DNA of 64,000 nucleotides from Haplodiscus bocki (GCA_965655095.1 OZ296654.1:39618001-39682000), one strand, 5' to 3'. Positions 24,512 to 38,700 are shown, counted from the first letter of the stretch. Notes: generated by a model from the sequence alone, not told the origin. Numbers and translations are program-made.

Positions 24512-25010
24512 TTATTTTTGTCGATCTGGTGCAATCGATGTCGTAAAAAGTCTCTGGAGTTCGTCCTTGGAATGTTCTGGAATATTCGTTACCAAAGCGT
24601 TTCCAGGACGTTGCTGTCGTGTAGCGACTGTCTCCAAGAGATTGTTTAAAGCACCAGAAAGATTGTTGAAAGCACCAGAAACTGTCATCATTTTAATATC
24701 AAATCTGTATTTTTGAAATGTCGTGATATAGGTACTTTTGAGGTGGCGTGATATCTGCACAAGATGCTTCGAGATCAAGTGGTGGACACAGCATGAACAA
24801 GTGATGGTTTTTTTGCATTTTTTGGTTCGTTTATTGAAGACCTGCGCCAGAAGAGAAGTAATTTTGTTTTAATTAATATATATTAGGCAGCATATTAGGG
24901 TGATTAAAATATGCGAGTTAAATGTTTTGTGTTTTGAAAAATAAGATGTTGTTTTCTGTTTGTCCGATATTTATGGACTCAGTTAATCCATATTCTGAGA
25001 ACGATGCAAC
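24512..25010 (-). pseudogene. Decayed A32/FtsK-like packaging ATPase remnant (Polinton-type)
   Basis: Minus-strand fragments ENNILFF (Walker-B-like position) and STYITTFQKYRFD...ATRQQRPGNALVTNIPEHSKDELQRLFT, resembling the C-terminal half of Polinton ATPases. Confidence 0.35.
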
Positions 25011-27785
25011 ATCCTTGTAGTGCGCGATCTTTTGGTATGGTGCATTGATCAATACACGTAAATGCTGCTTTAAAAAAATCGTACTTTTAGGTATGAAAAA
25101 ATTGGGCAAAACACGTTTTTCCTATATTCTCGAAAATGGATGAAAATCATAAGATACGGTCAAAAAAATCGTCTCCTAGAATGTTATTTAGTTCAAGATG
25201 GTGTTTGTTTGAAACGTCTGGGATTAATGTTACAGTAATTTGAAGATTTTGCGGCTACATGTGCGTTTTGCATCACAAGTTTTCATATTTTTGAATGCTT
25301 TAATCGCGGATATACATTTATTCACTTAAAAGATGCCTGTCATCAACTGATAGCTCTCAAAATGGCAGCCCCTTGATAATTACACTGCTCAAGAAAATTA
25401 ACAATGCTTCAGAAAGAATTACCTTTACATGTAATAAGATTAGGTATAAAATTGCTTTTCAAAGATTCTCGATATTCTTGAAGCAGTGTAAATATTAAAG
25501 GGCTGCAAACTTTTGAGTGTTAGCAGTATGTGATGGGTATTTTGTGAGGAAAAATGTAAACATTATGGGAATTTAAGGCACTCGAAACATGAAAACTTTT
25601 CATACAAAGCAAAACTCCATTCTTAACTCCTGGAGAGGCAAATTCTTCAAAGCACAGTAGTATAAAACCTAAAACAAACACCATTCTGTTTGACATAAAA
25701 TTCAAAGCAACCTTGGTTCTGACCGTATCTTACCATTTTTGTAGTTTGGGAGCAGCAGGAGGGAAGAAAGTATTGTCCGAAACATTGAAAGCAAAAGCTT
25801 GGAACATTCATCACACTTCTATAGTTGATAAAAATTCAAAAATTCAGACATTTAGCGTAATTTTATTCCCACAAATTTTGCTGCTGCATCAATAGATGTT
25901 TTAAATATAAAAAATAACCATCTCGCACTGTTATCGACTCTATTATCACGTTTTAGGTGTTGCTGATGTTTTTTTTGCTTTTTTGCTGCGTTAACCGTTA
26001 AGCATTTATTTGTTCACAGGGGACTCGGAGTCGGCTGCTATAACCGTAATTTGTACAATTTTTGCTCCAATGCGAGGTAAAATTGTGGGGTTTTCTTTCA
26101 CTTGTCGAGTTAATTGAAAAGGATTCAAAATTTATCGTTTGTCAGAGTTTGGAAGTCGGTTAAAAAACGCCTCATTAGATAATTTTTTTAGATGACTATC
26201 ACAGCAACAAAAAAAATTTCGCATCAAAAATTTTATATGACTCATATAAATTCCTCCAGATAATGTCTAGATAACAATATGGTTTCATGCTCGCTGACTT
26301 TGAAAAGCGTGACAAAATTTCAGAATATTTTTGGTGGCTTGGGTGTTTTGAACGTTTTGCTAAACGTTTAATATGCTATTTTGTTGTCGGAAATTTGTTA
26401 GTCTCACAGTGCTATAAAATTGTAGAGTTACTTTTTGATACGATGCACACGGCCTGAGAATCTCAGTGGCTCAATTTTTGTTGGTATTTGACATGTGGGA
26501 GAGCTGCCATACATAAATGGGGTCATCCAAAATTTCTTCGGTATTCGCTCTCTTGAAAATATTCTTGTATTAGCAATAGAGGCTGCTTCACGAAATTTTA
26601 TTTAACCGCATTTTGGGGGGAAATGAAGAGAACGGGAAAGGCAAAGGGGGTGTCACCAATTTGTTTGGTGTGCTTCTTCTGAAGATATTTGAGGACAAAC
26701 TACCGTTGTCGTAGAGAAACCAAGGCAAGCTCTTCGTTTTAGAGTATAACTTGAAACAGGACGCTTCAAAGGGAATTAATTATTTCCAACTGACAATATT
26801 TTTCTCCGGATCTCCAATTTGTACTTATATCCTTGAGGATTTTTTAAATTCAATTTTTTATTTTTCAGTCCAATTTTCGCCTGAAAATGAAAATTCAACG
26901 GAATTTAGCTGACCTTTTAGTTTCAATTTCTTGACAAGCGGAAAATAATTAAATCCTGATAAACAGTTCTGTTGTTCATTTTCTCCTCAAGTGACCGAAC
27001 TGAGGTGTGACTAAAACCCAAACAAGAAATTACATGTTTTCAACAACAAACTTTTCCTTCATGACAAAAAAAAAGCAATAAAATCAGTCAAATTCTCTAT
27101 GAAGTGACGTCATAGAAACCTGCCGAAATATTAGACAGTCATGAAGACCTTTTAAATATTATAGGATTCAACTGCTTTCATCTTGCAAAAACTTCCAATA
27201 GATTCTCGACTATTTTACTCTGTATGATGCAATCAAAATACGGAGAAATCAGAATTTTCTACAAGATAGTCTCAGTTATTTTTACAACTTTTTCCAATTC
27301 ATATAGTTTCTGAGCCTTCGAACTGCAATTAATTGTGATTTTTCAATTTGTTTCACCCAGAAAATACCATGAAAGCCAAAAATTTTCCGAAAAAATTTTT
27401 GGCGAAAAAAAATCGCTTAGTCTTGTGGAGGTGAAGCAAAAAAATACCACGGTGCCATACGCCCCAAAATGAAGTTTTTAAATAAATTTTCTGGTATATG
27501 TCACTAAGTCTGCGAAAACATAAAATAAACAATAACAAAAACAAAACGTTGACAGATGGGTTCTCGTTTCAGTCGAAGCCCTAAAATCGAAAGCCACTGT
27601 AATAGTCGGGCATTTCTTCTCTAAAAAACGCCGACTAAAAGTGTATTGTCAGTGGAATGCGGTGCTTTGAAAATTTCACAGTTTTGACTTTTTACATGTG
27701 AAATAACATTCATTGTAGTTGAAACTGAGCTTGAAATAGTGTTTTCACTTTTCAATATTCGTATATTTGTTTTCTAGAACAACAT

Positions 27786-28534
27786 TACCCGTGATGAATA
27801 CCCACGGAAGACACAGGGCATTCATAGTAAGACAGGGATAGGGTACAGGGGAACCAGGGATGACTGAGTACGGGCACAGGTATGCAGCATGAGGTCTACT
27901 AAGTTATCCCTGGAATCCGCTCTGGGACTGCAGTAACTCATTTAAGGGCCCGGTGCGTACGCATTACATCATTGTGTAACGTTCTGATAATACAAGCATT
28001 TCACCGAAAATCAAGCATAATAAACTTTTGGAGGTGAAATCTGATGAACTTTATCCCCATTGAATGCATTTTGTCAACGAACATGTCCAAAAGTATCAGG
28101 AATAATGAATTTTTTAAAAACTTCTGTTTTGTAATAGCTTAATTTGTCTGAAAAAAATACAAAAGGAACATTTTTTTTTCTAAAATTATATTATCTCGTC
28201 GTTTTGGATAAGATCATTTTTGGCGTTTTCTGAACATGCGCGAAACGCTCGTTCTGAATTGGCTGTTAGATTTTAACTACAATTTTGTAGAGGAGAACCC
28301 TAAACTTAGAAAAAAAAGTATCTTGATCCGGAATTTTTTTATGGGGTGCAAGGGATTCAAACTACGGTGCATCCCTGGGCACAGAGCATTCTTACTAAGG
28401 CTATCTGTGGGCACAAGGCATTCTTACTAAGGTCATCATGGACACAGGGCTTTCTTACCAAGTTCTTGTCACGAGTTTTGCCAAAGACAGGGCTGGGGTA
28501 CAGGGTTGTGCCGTAGTAAGTTATCACTGGGGTA
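27786..28534. mobile_element. MITE-like element (family A), imperfect TIRs, TA flanks
   Basis: Left end TACCCGTGATGAATACCCACGG versus right-end reverse complement TACCCCAGTGATAACTTACTACGG. Interior homologous to ~61727-63268. Confidence 0.6.
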
Positions 28535-29352
28535 GTAATCCCGGGTGTTCCCGTTCGCATCTTTTATTCCCAATTTACTTCACATTTTTGACTGACAAAT
28601 ACTAAAACTGAAACTCGCAATAGGTTTGGCAAAATGTTTACGATGTTTGGAAGTTATGAAGCTGCTTCAAAATATTTGTAGTTAAGTATTGCTAGCAAAT
28701 ATTTATGTAATGAAAACCGGCAAAAACTCAAGTACTACTGGAGAGTCAAATTTTGTAGGTAACTTGCAATACTCGACAAAAATTAGCAACTCTGAGAAAT
28801 TCTCAGAAAGACAAAACATCAGAAAATTTTAAGGAGAAAACTTTTTAAAAAGACTCGTCCAGAAAAAATAAGTTAATTTGAGATCATTAAAAAGCAAAAT
28901 ACTGCGGTCTGCCTTCACAAAAAAACTTTTTAGCTGAGCACACTGCAAGGTTCAATTTTTGGTTTTTCATTTTGAAAAAATGAAAAATTTTAGTTTGAGC
29001 CTTGCTTTCACAATACAAAAGATAAAAAGTTTCTTGCATGGGGTGCAAAATGTCGAAGCTTTAGCATCTCAGTCAACTACTTTACTCTCTCAGGTTCATG
29101 ACCCAATCATGAGAAATCTTCAATGATCTTGATTTTTCAAGACTTCATCAGTGGTTACTTTCTACCTCACAAAAATCAGCATATGATCATGTTTGGAAAA
29201 CGATGCAAGTTCCGTTACGTATTCATTGATCCAAGAAAATTTACGGTATTGTATGTCATGTTCAACATATGCCAGAAACAGGAAATATAATTTTAGAAAA
29301 TCACCATAAAATTTTTATTCTATCTTTTTACATTTTTCTCTGCTTTTTTTCT

Positions 29353-30569
29353 TGTATATATGCGTACTTCAACATGTTCATTGTTTAGAACCACTTGTCG
29401 CTAATAGCCACCAACAGTCTTTTTGCATGCTTTTCCCTGGCCAAACAACAATAGAATCTGACGTCATTTCAAGCCATGTATGTAATAATATCATGATTAT
29501 TAAAAACTCCAACAACGCGTGGTCAGTCACTTGACCTGTCATCTTTTTCGCGGCCAATCCTGTGTTACTCCAACTCTGATTGACCGACGAATCGACAAAG
29601 TTTATTATTTATACCCAGCGATTTTGCCCTATAAGCTGCCGCCAAATTCAGTTGAGAACAGAATTCAGGAGCGCGTCTTTTCATTCCGGCCACTTTCACC
29701 CAAAGACAGTTCGATTCCCCAAGCAGTGCTCAGAGCAATGATCGTGATTTGAGGAATGTGTTAATTATCTCTGTCAACTTCGTTTTTGTTTTCCGGTGAT
29801 TGTTTTGTAAATTCAGCTTTGTTTTATATTTTGATGAGATGTAAATCAAGTATTTCAGCAATCAAGCTCAACTTTTGAAAACGATTAATAAAACAGACCT
29901 GACTCAAAACAATTTCTCCAATATGATTCTTGCTCAGAGTCTACTTTGCCAATCTTCTCAATTTGGGGAAATTGATTTTTTTCTTCAGAGATAGTCAACC
30001 AGGAGCGCACAATCAAGGTTCCAGCAATATTTCTGATATTAAAAAAAACTAAAGCCAACCTTTGCAACTGTGGACGTGAGGTTCTACCTTAGGAGTAAAG
30101 TCTTTGCTTAACGCGGACAACTTTAGCAATCTGGCTTGAAAAAGTTGTCCTTAGTTGAAAACAAGGTCGGAACTAGAGATTAGGACAAACAAAATCGTAA
30201 GACTAAGTTATGATTGAATTTTTCAGTAACAGCTGTTGTAAAGATACTTTGCTTCGATTGTACTGTTTATCTGTTTCGCTCTTCTTTTGCATTTGCGATT
30301 GTACTAACATACGTACTTTTAATATTGATGACACTCTAATTCCTAATTCATCTAATGACAAATTTCAAGTTTTTTCGATATCGCCAGACAACAAAACTAA
30401 AGAACTTCCTTTCGAATTCGCCCCTGACACGAGCTATGTTGAAATAAAGGAAAGCAAGTCGCAAAATTGAAACAAGAACTTATCTTAGGACTATGTTAAG
30501 TAATCTAGCTTGGAATAGAGAGGCTTTTGAGACTTTCCATTGCTATTTCCAGGACACCTCTATAAGACA
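29353..30569 (+). mobile_element. Possible solo LTR
   Basis: TGT...ACA ends with near-TSD TTTCT/CTTCT, plus a CRE, CCAAT, TATAAG and TCAGTT cluster at 29459-29653. No second copy in the window. Confidence 0.3.
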
Positions 30570-31023
30570 CTTCTCACGCAGTCAACCATATTTTTTCCGC
30601 TTAAATTGCGAATCATTGCCATAATATTGATCGTTTTCCGGAAACCAAAATTATTCAATATGTGAATTTACTTATACAGATGGCAATATGCGTGTTTGTG
30701 TGTGTCGTGGAAGGAGGTTGAATTAAAATTAAAAGCAGGCTTTTAACTGGTTTGCACTTTTGATGAAAATAAAACTGTTGTTCTCTCCCCCTACCTTTCG
30801 AAAACAACTCTCTGACTGTTTCCATTTTTGACGTCTGAAAATGATTTCACTTCAACTAACCCTATAATTTACACCAGAAAATTCAAACAAAAAAATGAAT
30901 GTTACGAACACAAAAGTTCCCATCAAGGGGTTTAGGAAAACTATTGAATAAATCAATTTATTTGGTCTGAACTATTTGTTTTAGTTTATTTATTTCTCTT
31001 TATTTAACTTGTGTTTTTTTCAG

Positions 31024-31186
31024 GTGTTGTGGATATTCTTTCCTGTCTCTATTTCCTGACGTTCCCCATGATAAAAGTGTTCTACGACCAGTTCCTGCCC
31101 CTAGAACCCTGTCTGGTGGACCAGTTCATCCTTTGGTTTATCCCTCTCGTGTCTCTTTTTCTCATGACGGCCATATGCTTTAACAG
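31024..31186 (+). CDS. GPCR coding exon 2 (TM2-TM3)
   Basis: Acceptor TTTTTTTCAG, phase 1 matching exon 1. Translates (S)VVDILSCLYFLTFPMIKVFYDQFLPLEPCLVDQFILWFIPLVSLFLMTAICFN(R) with TM2 Asp and TM3 Cys. Donor AG|GTTCGT, phase 2. Confidence 0.85.
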
Positions 31187-31222
31187 GTTCGTTGGAAATA
31201 CCACCCCCTCCCCCAGATGAAA

Positions 31223-31707
31223 TTATTTTTTTCCGCCATATTTATAATATGGGAGGAAAATCACCCACTCAACGCAAACGTTTTTTTGAGTTGCTTGCCA
31301 ATTGCGTTCACGTTTGTCCACGTTTTTCACCAGATTGGCGTATTTGCCGTAAAATTCGACTGAAATAGTAAATTTTCTCAAAACGTTCAAAATTTGGGGT
31401 ATTTTTGGAAAAATTGATAGGTTTTTTTCGAAAAAAACTTTGACTTTCTCCAAAATCGCTAAAGGTGGCAAATATGCGGTAGAATGCGTATCAATTGATG
31501 TTATCTCTTTATAAAATGTTTTCTCTACTTTAATTGTAAGGTTCTTTTGGCAAAAAAATCAGAAAATTTTTAAAGGTGGAAAAATTAAAAAATATGACGA
31601 TGAAGGAGTGTTTCTTCGAAAAAAAAAACGTTTGCATCTTTTTAAAAGCCTTCTTCACAAAAACGGTAAGGCGAAAAATATGCCAGTGGTAGTCAGCCGT
31701 CTTGTTT
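31223..31707 (-). mobile_element. Helentron/DINE-1-like non-autonomous element, uninterrupted copy
   Basis: Reverse complement begins AAACAAGACGGCTGACTACCACTGGCATATTTTTCGCC and ends CCATATTATAAATATGGCGGAAAAAAATAA. Homologous to the 12466-12698 and 18903-19170 halves. Confidence 0.65.
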
Positions 31708-32537
31708 AAGGTTTCCGTAGTCGGTGTTTTACGTCTCGCGAAAGCACAGAAATCAAAGACATGGCCAAGTCTTAGCAATTTAGACATAAAACGAGCACTC
31801 ATACGCGGGCCACCAAGTCCTGCAAAAAGTGAAGATCATCTTCAAAGCTTCAAAAGAACATGAGATGAGAAACCTTGAACAAACTGGGGCAACACAAGAA
31901 TTCTTGAGGCTAACTGCAGGAAATTTTTGCTTTTCCCTCACAAAGTGCCAAATATTTATTAAATTAATTTTTAAATAGATTATAAAAACATATTAGAAAT
32001 GTTGACTAATATTGCAAAAATATTCCATTATAAAGAAAATTGAAAATTATATCGAAAATTCGAAAAGATAACGTGTTGGAGGTGGGGGGGGGGAGCCAAT
32101 TTCAGATCTTATCAGCAATGATGCAGAAGGCAAATTAAAGAGATGGGATGAAACCACCCAGGTGCTGGTGAAAACAGCTCTTCAGACTGGCACCTTTCGA
32201 AGGAAGAACTACGTAAATGCAATGATAGCCAATTCAGTACATAGGAGCGTAGAAACAAACAAGTAATCAGCACAAAAACTACCAAAAACACGGTGATGTC
32301 AAGGATGTGAACAAAGTTTCTTGCACCCTACAGAGACCAGAAAAAAAATTTAAACGCCGTACATTTCGAATTGGAACCTGCAGACCTAACAAAGCAATCC
32401 AAGAAACAAATCTAAAAGAGCTTATGAGGTAGGTTCTTAACCGGCAAACACGGAACTCAAAACCATGTTTGCCTGATGAGAACGGGAACAGCAAAATGGC
32501 ATTAGCGCTCACATTTCAGATTCGAGGCAGCTTGTTT

Positions 32538-32574
32538 AACAACAACAACAACAATAAAAACAACAACAACAACA
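32538..32574. repeat. (AAC)n microsatellite
   Basis: Imperfect AAC run. Confidence 0.85.
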
Positions 32575-34512
32575 AGGTGTGAATATTCACACTACAACAT
32601 GATGCCACCATCATGAACTGCGCCTACTGATTATGACAAGTCGGATCGTCATTGGGTGATGCCAACACGACTAAGTTAAAACAGACGGAGCAGGCAAGCT
32701 TCAGAGACAATCAAAGCGAATTGTGACTGAACGTGGTTTTTTTCTAAGTTACAGGCCTGATGTAATTACGTTTAGCGAAGGAGATAAATAAAGCCACTCA
32801 ACTGCGTGTGGTCTTTGCGAAGGATGCGGTATTCGTCCTTCCATCGGATTTGTGTTCCACCATTCCATTGATGTGTTACATCGGATAGTGATTAAATTAA
32901 CTGGCGGATAAACTGGCGGTGAAACACCTGGGAAAACAGTTGGCATCATATGGACTACAAGGAGCAAAACAAACCCTCTCTTCAGTGAGGGCCAAATCGG
33001 AATAACCTGTAGACTCAAACTGAGTCGTCCACATCAATGTTCCAGCATTTTAAGATCACTAAAAAACAGCAATTAAATTCAATGAATGGACAACTAAATG
33101 AAACATGGTTAACTTTATTATGGGAGAAATTTCAATTTTCAGGAGCGTGTTTTAAGTGTATTGTTACAAATTTCTAAGTGTTTAACCTAAGCTTTAAATT
33201 CATCAACCAATCAAAATTCATTTGAGTTTCACATCGGTTTTTTAAGAAAAAGTCTTCAGTTGCTCAGAACTTCACGTTCAACCAAATGGTGTCATTTCTG
33301 ACGAGACTGTGTAAGATTTCCAGGCCTCAAATTGGTTTTTTTTCTGATTAAATATTGCTAATTTAGAATAAAATTGCAACATCAACCACTTCTTCCGACA
33401 GAGTATCAAATAAAACTCAAGCTTGCTGTTCAAAGCTTTTCTATACCAGTCCCAAATTTTTATGACCAGTCTGCGATCAAGTCTTGTGCACGAGAGGATT
33501 ATCCATTTTTTTCTCTGATACGTTCAGTACCTCGAGATTTTTGAGTCAATATTAAAAATGTCTTGACTTCAATTTTTAATTTTAAGAATGTCCATACTCA
33601 GTTATGAAGGATAGATTTCCATCATAACTTAATTTATAAACAACGTTACCAGAATTGTACAGTATATGCAAATGTGATTGGAAATTTTCATTTTTGCAGA
33701 ACATAGATTCCCCAGAATGTATTTGGGTGCTAATGTCCACCACTCAGGTTGTATTCTATGTGCTTCTCAAAATCGATAAAAATTGAAGTAAAAAAAATTT
33801 AACAGGAATTTGTTAATTTATGTTTCCCTCAGGAGTCTAAAGAGACTTAGCCCCGAGGCTTAGCCCTGGTAGAAACTTTGAATCCTCCTGGGAGATATTT
33901 TGATCTATAGTGTCAAGGTGAGATATTTCTGGCGCCAAATTGTCGCGGCTTTATTTATTTGATCTGCTTGTTGATGTTGTTGATGTTTAAGCCACAATAC
34001 TTCTTACTTTTTTGAGACCCGGGCTGAATCAAAAAACATGTTCGAATGTTTGCAAACTTTCCGTAACACCACAAAGGAACAACAAACGTTATTTTTTTGA
34101 TAAAGTTGAGACATAAGCAAATACATTCATGACGCCTCTTGGAAACTTAACATACGGAAAGTTATTCTGTAATAGCCCCCCTCCCCCACNNNNNNNNNNN
34201 NNNNNNNNNNNNNNNNNNNNNNNNNNNNNNNNNNNNNNNNNNNNNNNNNNNNNNNNNNNNNNNNNNNNNNNNNNNNNNNNNNNNNNNNNNNNNNNNNNNN
34301 NNNNNNNNNNNNNNNNNATTTGGTACTGTTATTTTAAAATGCTTTACAAAAATCCCCTTTTACCTCAGGCTGGCGATCATAGATCACACGTCAAGCATTT
34401 TTTCAGCGTTTGAGATATATAATTGGAAGGTTGTTCCAATTTTACACTTCCTGGCTTAATAAAACAAAAATAAACGACAGAAAAAAAACAAGATTTTTTA
34501 CTCCCTTTTCAG

Positions 34513-34761
34513 ATTGACTGCCGTCTGTTTTCCGATCCAGTACCCGCAATTTTTCTCAGTACGGAATGTGCGTCGGCTGATCTGTGGCTCCGTGCTCTAC
34601 TCAGCATCCACTGGAATGACGTTTGGCATGCTCTGTTTCTACTACCACGCCACCTTCACGAGCTGGCAGTACGAGGAGTCTTTCTGGATGATGATCAACA
34701 AAATCGCCACTCTGCATGTCATGGGACTGTACACAATGGCCATCTTCGGAATCGTCATAAG
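34513..34761 (+). CDS. GPCR coding exon 3 (ICL2, TM4, TM5)
   Basis: Acceptor CTTTTCAG, phase 2 matching. Translates (R)LTAVCFPIQYPQFFSVRNVRRLICGSVLYSAST...TLHVMGLYTMAIFGIVI. Donor AG|GTCACT. Confidence 0.85.
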
Positions 34762-35716
34762 GTCACTTTCATAGCATGTTTTCTGAAAAATATTCTTTTT
34801 GACGATATTTTATTGCGATTATATTGTTTGACACCTTGCACATTGAATATCTCCTTAACCACCGAAGGCGTTTTGATAAAAACTGGACACTGTAAAAAAA
34901 GCGTTCAAGTTTTTTTGTGATAGATTCTAGGCCTCAATGGGAACTACAACGTTTTGCACAGTGAATTATTAAACTTTCCGATTATCTAAATTTTGAAGAA
35001 AGTTGACCTTTTGAGGCTTTTTGTTCAGATTTTCAATGTTCTCAGCACATTAGGAAGGTGAACAAACTCATGTCTTTGTGTAGTATAAATGTCTCTTCTG
35101 ATAAAAAGTTTAAACACGCATGATTTTTTCAATATTATATCGTCACTCTGTAGGACGAGTAGCCATCATGTATCAAATAGATCCGTTTATCTCTTTGCTT
35201 TGATGCAATAACGATTTTTCAAGTTTCTTTTCCATTTGACAGAAGGTGAAACGGCCTACGTTTCCAGAAATATCTGTTGAAGATGTGTTTAAGAAATATA
35301 GCTCAGTGATTGAGTGACAAGGAGGCTCGAACAAATTTCCTTCAGCTAAGAACTTCAATAAATGAATTATTCTATTTTCCTCAAACGTGGACAAAAACCG
35401 ATAATCGGAAAATTGAATCAGAACACTTGAGTTGTATACGAAAAATAGTTTAAATTTTTATTATTACATGTCAAAAAATTCAAAGTTGAAAAACATAGAC
35501 GCAACAACTAGCGTTGACTATTGGCTCAATTGAGCGAACAAAAAAAAACTGCTGGATGGCTTGTTCTTGTTGATTGACTGCTCGAATCCCTACGTCAGAA
35601 ATACACCGCCCAAGCTAGTAGTAAAATGGGAGAATTCCTTAAGATCCAAATCCAATGAATATCTTCTCATTTTCGGTCAAGTTACGTGTTTTTGGAAATA
35701 TTTCGTCATCGAATAA

Positions 35717-38700
35717 TGTGAGATTTGTGCCATCGTTTTTTTTTTAAATGTTAATTAAATTTTAATAGTCAATACTCGATAGGATATAAGATGAAAACAA
35801 GAATATTGGTTAAATGAGAGCCAATGAGATTGCTCTACGAGAGTAAACAGCAACCGCAGCATCTAATTTAAAAGTTGGTCTAATTCGAACCCCAACTTTA
35901 ACGTCCATTTTCTCGAAGACTATTATAGATAGAGCAAAACGGTTTGCACCAATGAAAACTACATTCCAAGACGAACAAGTTGGGTGATTTTCACCGCATT
36001 CTAAAAATTAAAAGTTGTCGAAAAATTAAAACGAAAATTATTACGGTCCGGAAAATGGTAAAATCGTGATTTCACAGTTCAGTTGCAACTTTAGAAGCGT
36101 ATAAAAATGAAAGCGGAGTGAAAACAAAATGTCATCAATACAAAAGGAATACAATAGGAGTGCTTTTTGGAGTGAATTTTGACCACGCGCACGGCCGCCA
36201 CCACCCCACGTATTAGCATATTTACGCTCTCGCTGCTCAAAATCAGACCGGTTTTTTTAATGTTCCCCAATGTTTGCTTGCTTATTTCTCAAAGATGAAA
36301 AAAGATATCGACGAACGGTTTTCACCATTAAAAACTACATCTATAGGAAAACTTAAGTTTGGAATATGAGCAAAATCGGACGAATTTAAGATATTGAAAA
36401 ATTATAGTAAACGAAAAGTACACTCCCGAAATTGCCAAATTGACTTCAGTTAAAAATTCATTTTGAGCGAACCACGCATCAGAAAAGGCTTGTATTAGTC
36501 TTAATCGGATGATATTTAAATGGACTAATGTCCCTGAAAAGATGAATTGATTATATTCAGTCATAATCTATTCAGTCATAATCATATTCAGTCTCAGGAG
36601 AACTGAGTAAGAAATCGCCAAAAAACGCCCAAAATAGCCTAAAATCGTCAAAAATCGCAGTTTTTCCGCTTATTAGTTAACGAGTAGCCAAAATAGAAAT
36701 TAACCATATTACTAGCGATTGAAAACTTTTTATTAGGAGGAATGAAGAATAACAATAGAACAAGTTTAGCAAGCTAAAAATGGCCGCCCCGCAAATTTAC
36801 AACAAGCTAAAACCACGGATTTTGGAAAATGTCGACTTGCAAAACGGCTACCCCCCGCACCTTTTTGAAGAGAGAAACCTGAAAATTTAACATAATGTTC
36901 CTAACAACCTCCCCCAGGAAAGTTACCAAGGATTTTCCGAAACTTTGCCTGTACGTTGAGAAAATCGACTTTGAAGGTGGACCCAGATAGTGAAAAATGG
37001 CCAAAATAGTTACTTTTGCGGAAAAGTGAATAACTTTTTTTTCAGACCAGCTAGAGAGCTCATCTTTTCGTTAAAATACTCTTACTTAAGTGTACTAACG
37101 AGAAAATACCACCCGCGCGCTGGGAAAACTTTATATGTTGAGAAAAATGACATCAAAATGACCAAAAATCGATTTTTCGGACATGGAATTTTGACCACTT
37201 TCAGAAAATCATATTTTTTTTCGACCATGAATATTGAAAATAACTATAACAAGTTATATACTGCCAAAAACTACATTGAATACCGCGTGTAGTGATCTGC
37301 TCATTTTATATTCACGATGTATATGATAGACGCAATTAATTATTGAATTTTAGACAAAAACTACGCCTTTTTTCGGACATTTATTTTTGCATGGATTCTA
37401 TGACGGGAATGGTTAGGGAAGATGTTTTAACCACTTACTTTGGAAGTACTTGGTCACGCGCGACGAATAAAAAAGCTGACGCATCAGCCGAAAGGGGTTG
37501 TTAATCAAAATGGCGACATAAACGAATGGAAACGAAGAGGAAAATTTTAGTCATTCTTTCACCACCCCCGTTTTGCCAGTGGATACGACCAAATACAATT
37601 AATCATAACTAATGTAAGCAAAAAAAAATAAACACCGATTAGTACCAAAACTGATGATTACCGTACCGAAGTGAAATAAACGAAATAACCAACGAATATT
37701 CAATAAGTCATTTTATAAATTATTGGACTCGAATAACCGGATGACTGACAGTAATGCCGAAAGTAATTGAATGGTACCGAAAGCCAGAAAAGTGGCTGAA
37801 AACGGAACTCTCCATTATTAATAGATGACGAATAGACCAAAATGTGATAAGATTGGAAACGAGTAAGACGAATGACTAAAATGATTAATTCGATGAAAAT
37901 ACACCCGAAGACGAACGAAAAAGTGAAGTGCTAGGCGCACAAAGTGAGTTGCAATCTGGAGAACGGTTTGCTACTTTGCTGTCAACGGATAGAGTACGAG
38001 TCTTTGAGTCCGGGACTAAAGATTGCAGGTTTACTTCAACAACCCTTGTTAGAGAGTCCGGGACTTTTTAACATTAGATTGTGGTCCGGGATCATAGTTT
38101 GTTGTCTTGACTGAATTGGGAAGTTGGACTTGGCCAGAATCTTTTGAGATGTTCTGCTTTAACGCCGTGAGACGCGGGTTAGAGAGTAAATTGGGCCCCA
38201 GCGGTGGTTGAACCGTGGATTAGTTGGAAATAGCAGTCCGGGACTGTTTTGCATCACTCCAAGAACGTTAGAGACTGGCGGCGAAATAATAAAGCACAAC
38301 TTCATCATTTTCGTAAGCATTCGTTAATTGAGTACCTTTCAATTCTTCCTTCGGGAAATCTTCTTGTTGTTGTAACCCCGTTTAATCTGAGTTGTTTATT
38401 GGTTCTGTGAACAATATATTACTCAAAGTATTATCCATTATTTAATCGATATCCAGTAATAAAAGTATTAATCAATGAAAGATATTATTTAGCATGATTG
38501 ATTATTCCATTACTTTGTGTCATTTAATTAACTTTGAGATAGTTTCTCACGAGAAAACATTTTATTTAACAATCAAGAGCTACGAGACACTCCTTAAAAG
38601 AAGAATCAAGACAGAACCGCGTTTCTTAGCGCATCTTACCCCCACCGCCTCCGAAATATTAGACTTGTCTTTTCTTTCGGAGTTATAAATTTTTTGTGGA

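Noticed and set aside
32100-33050. Possible decayed gag/protease remnant
   Set aside because: No motif could be recognised with confidence.
36328-37292. Short ORFs duplicated at 41073-41974 (also 14025-14228 and 18559-18762)
   Set aside because: They repeat only because they lie in LTRs. They show no recognisable domains and one is frameshifted between copies.
37646-37690. CTGATGA...GAAA hammerhead-like motif in the giant LTR
   Set aside because: No stem II pairing between the core segments.
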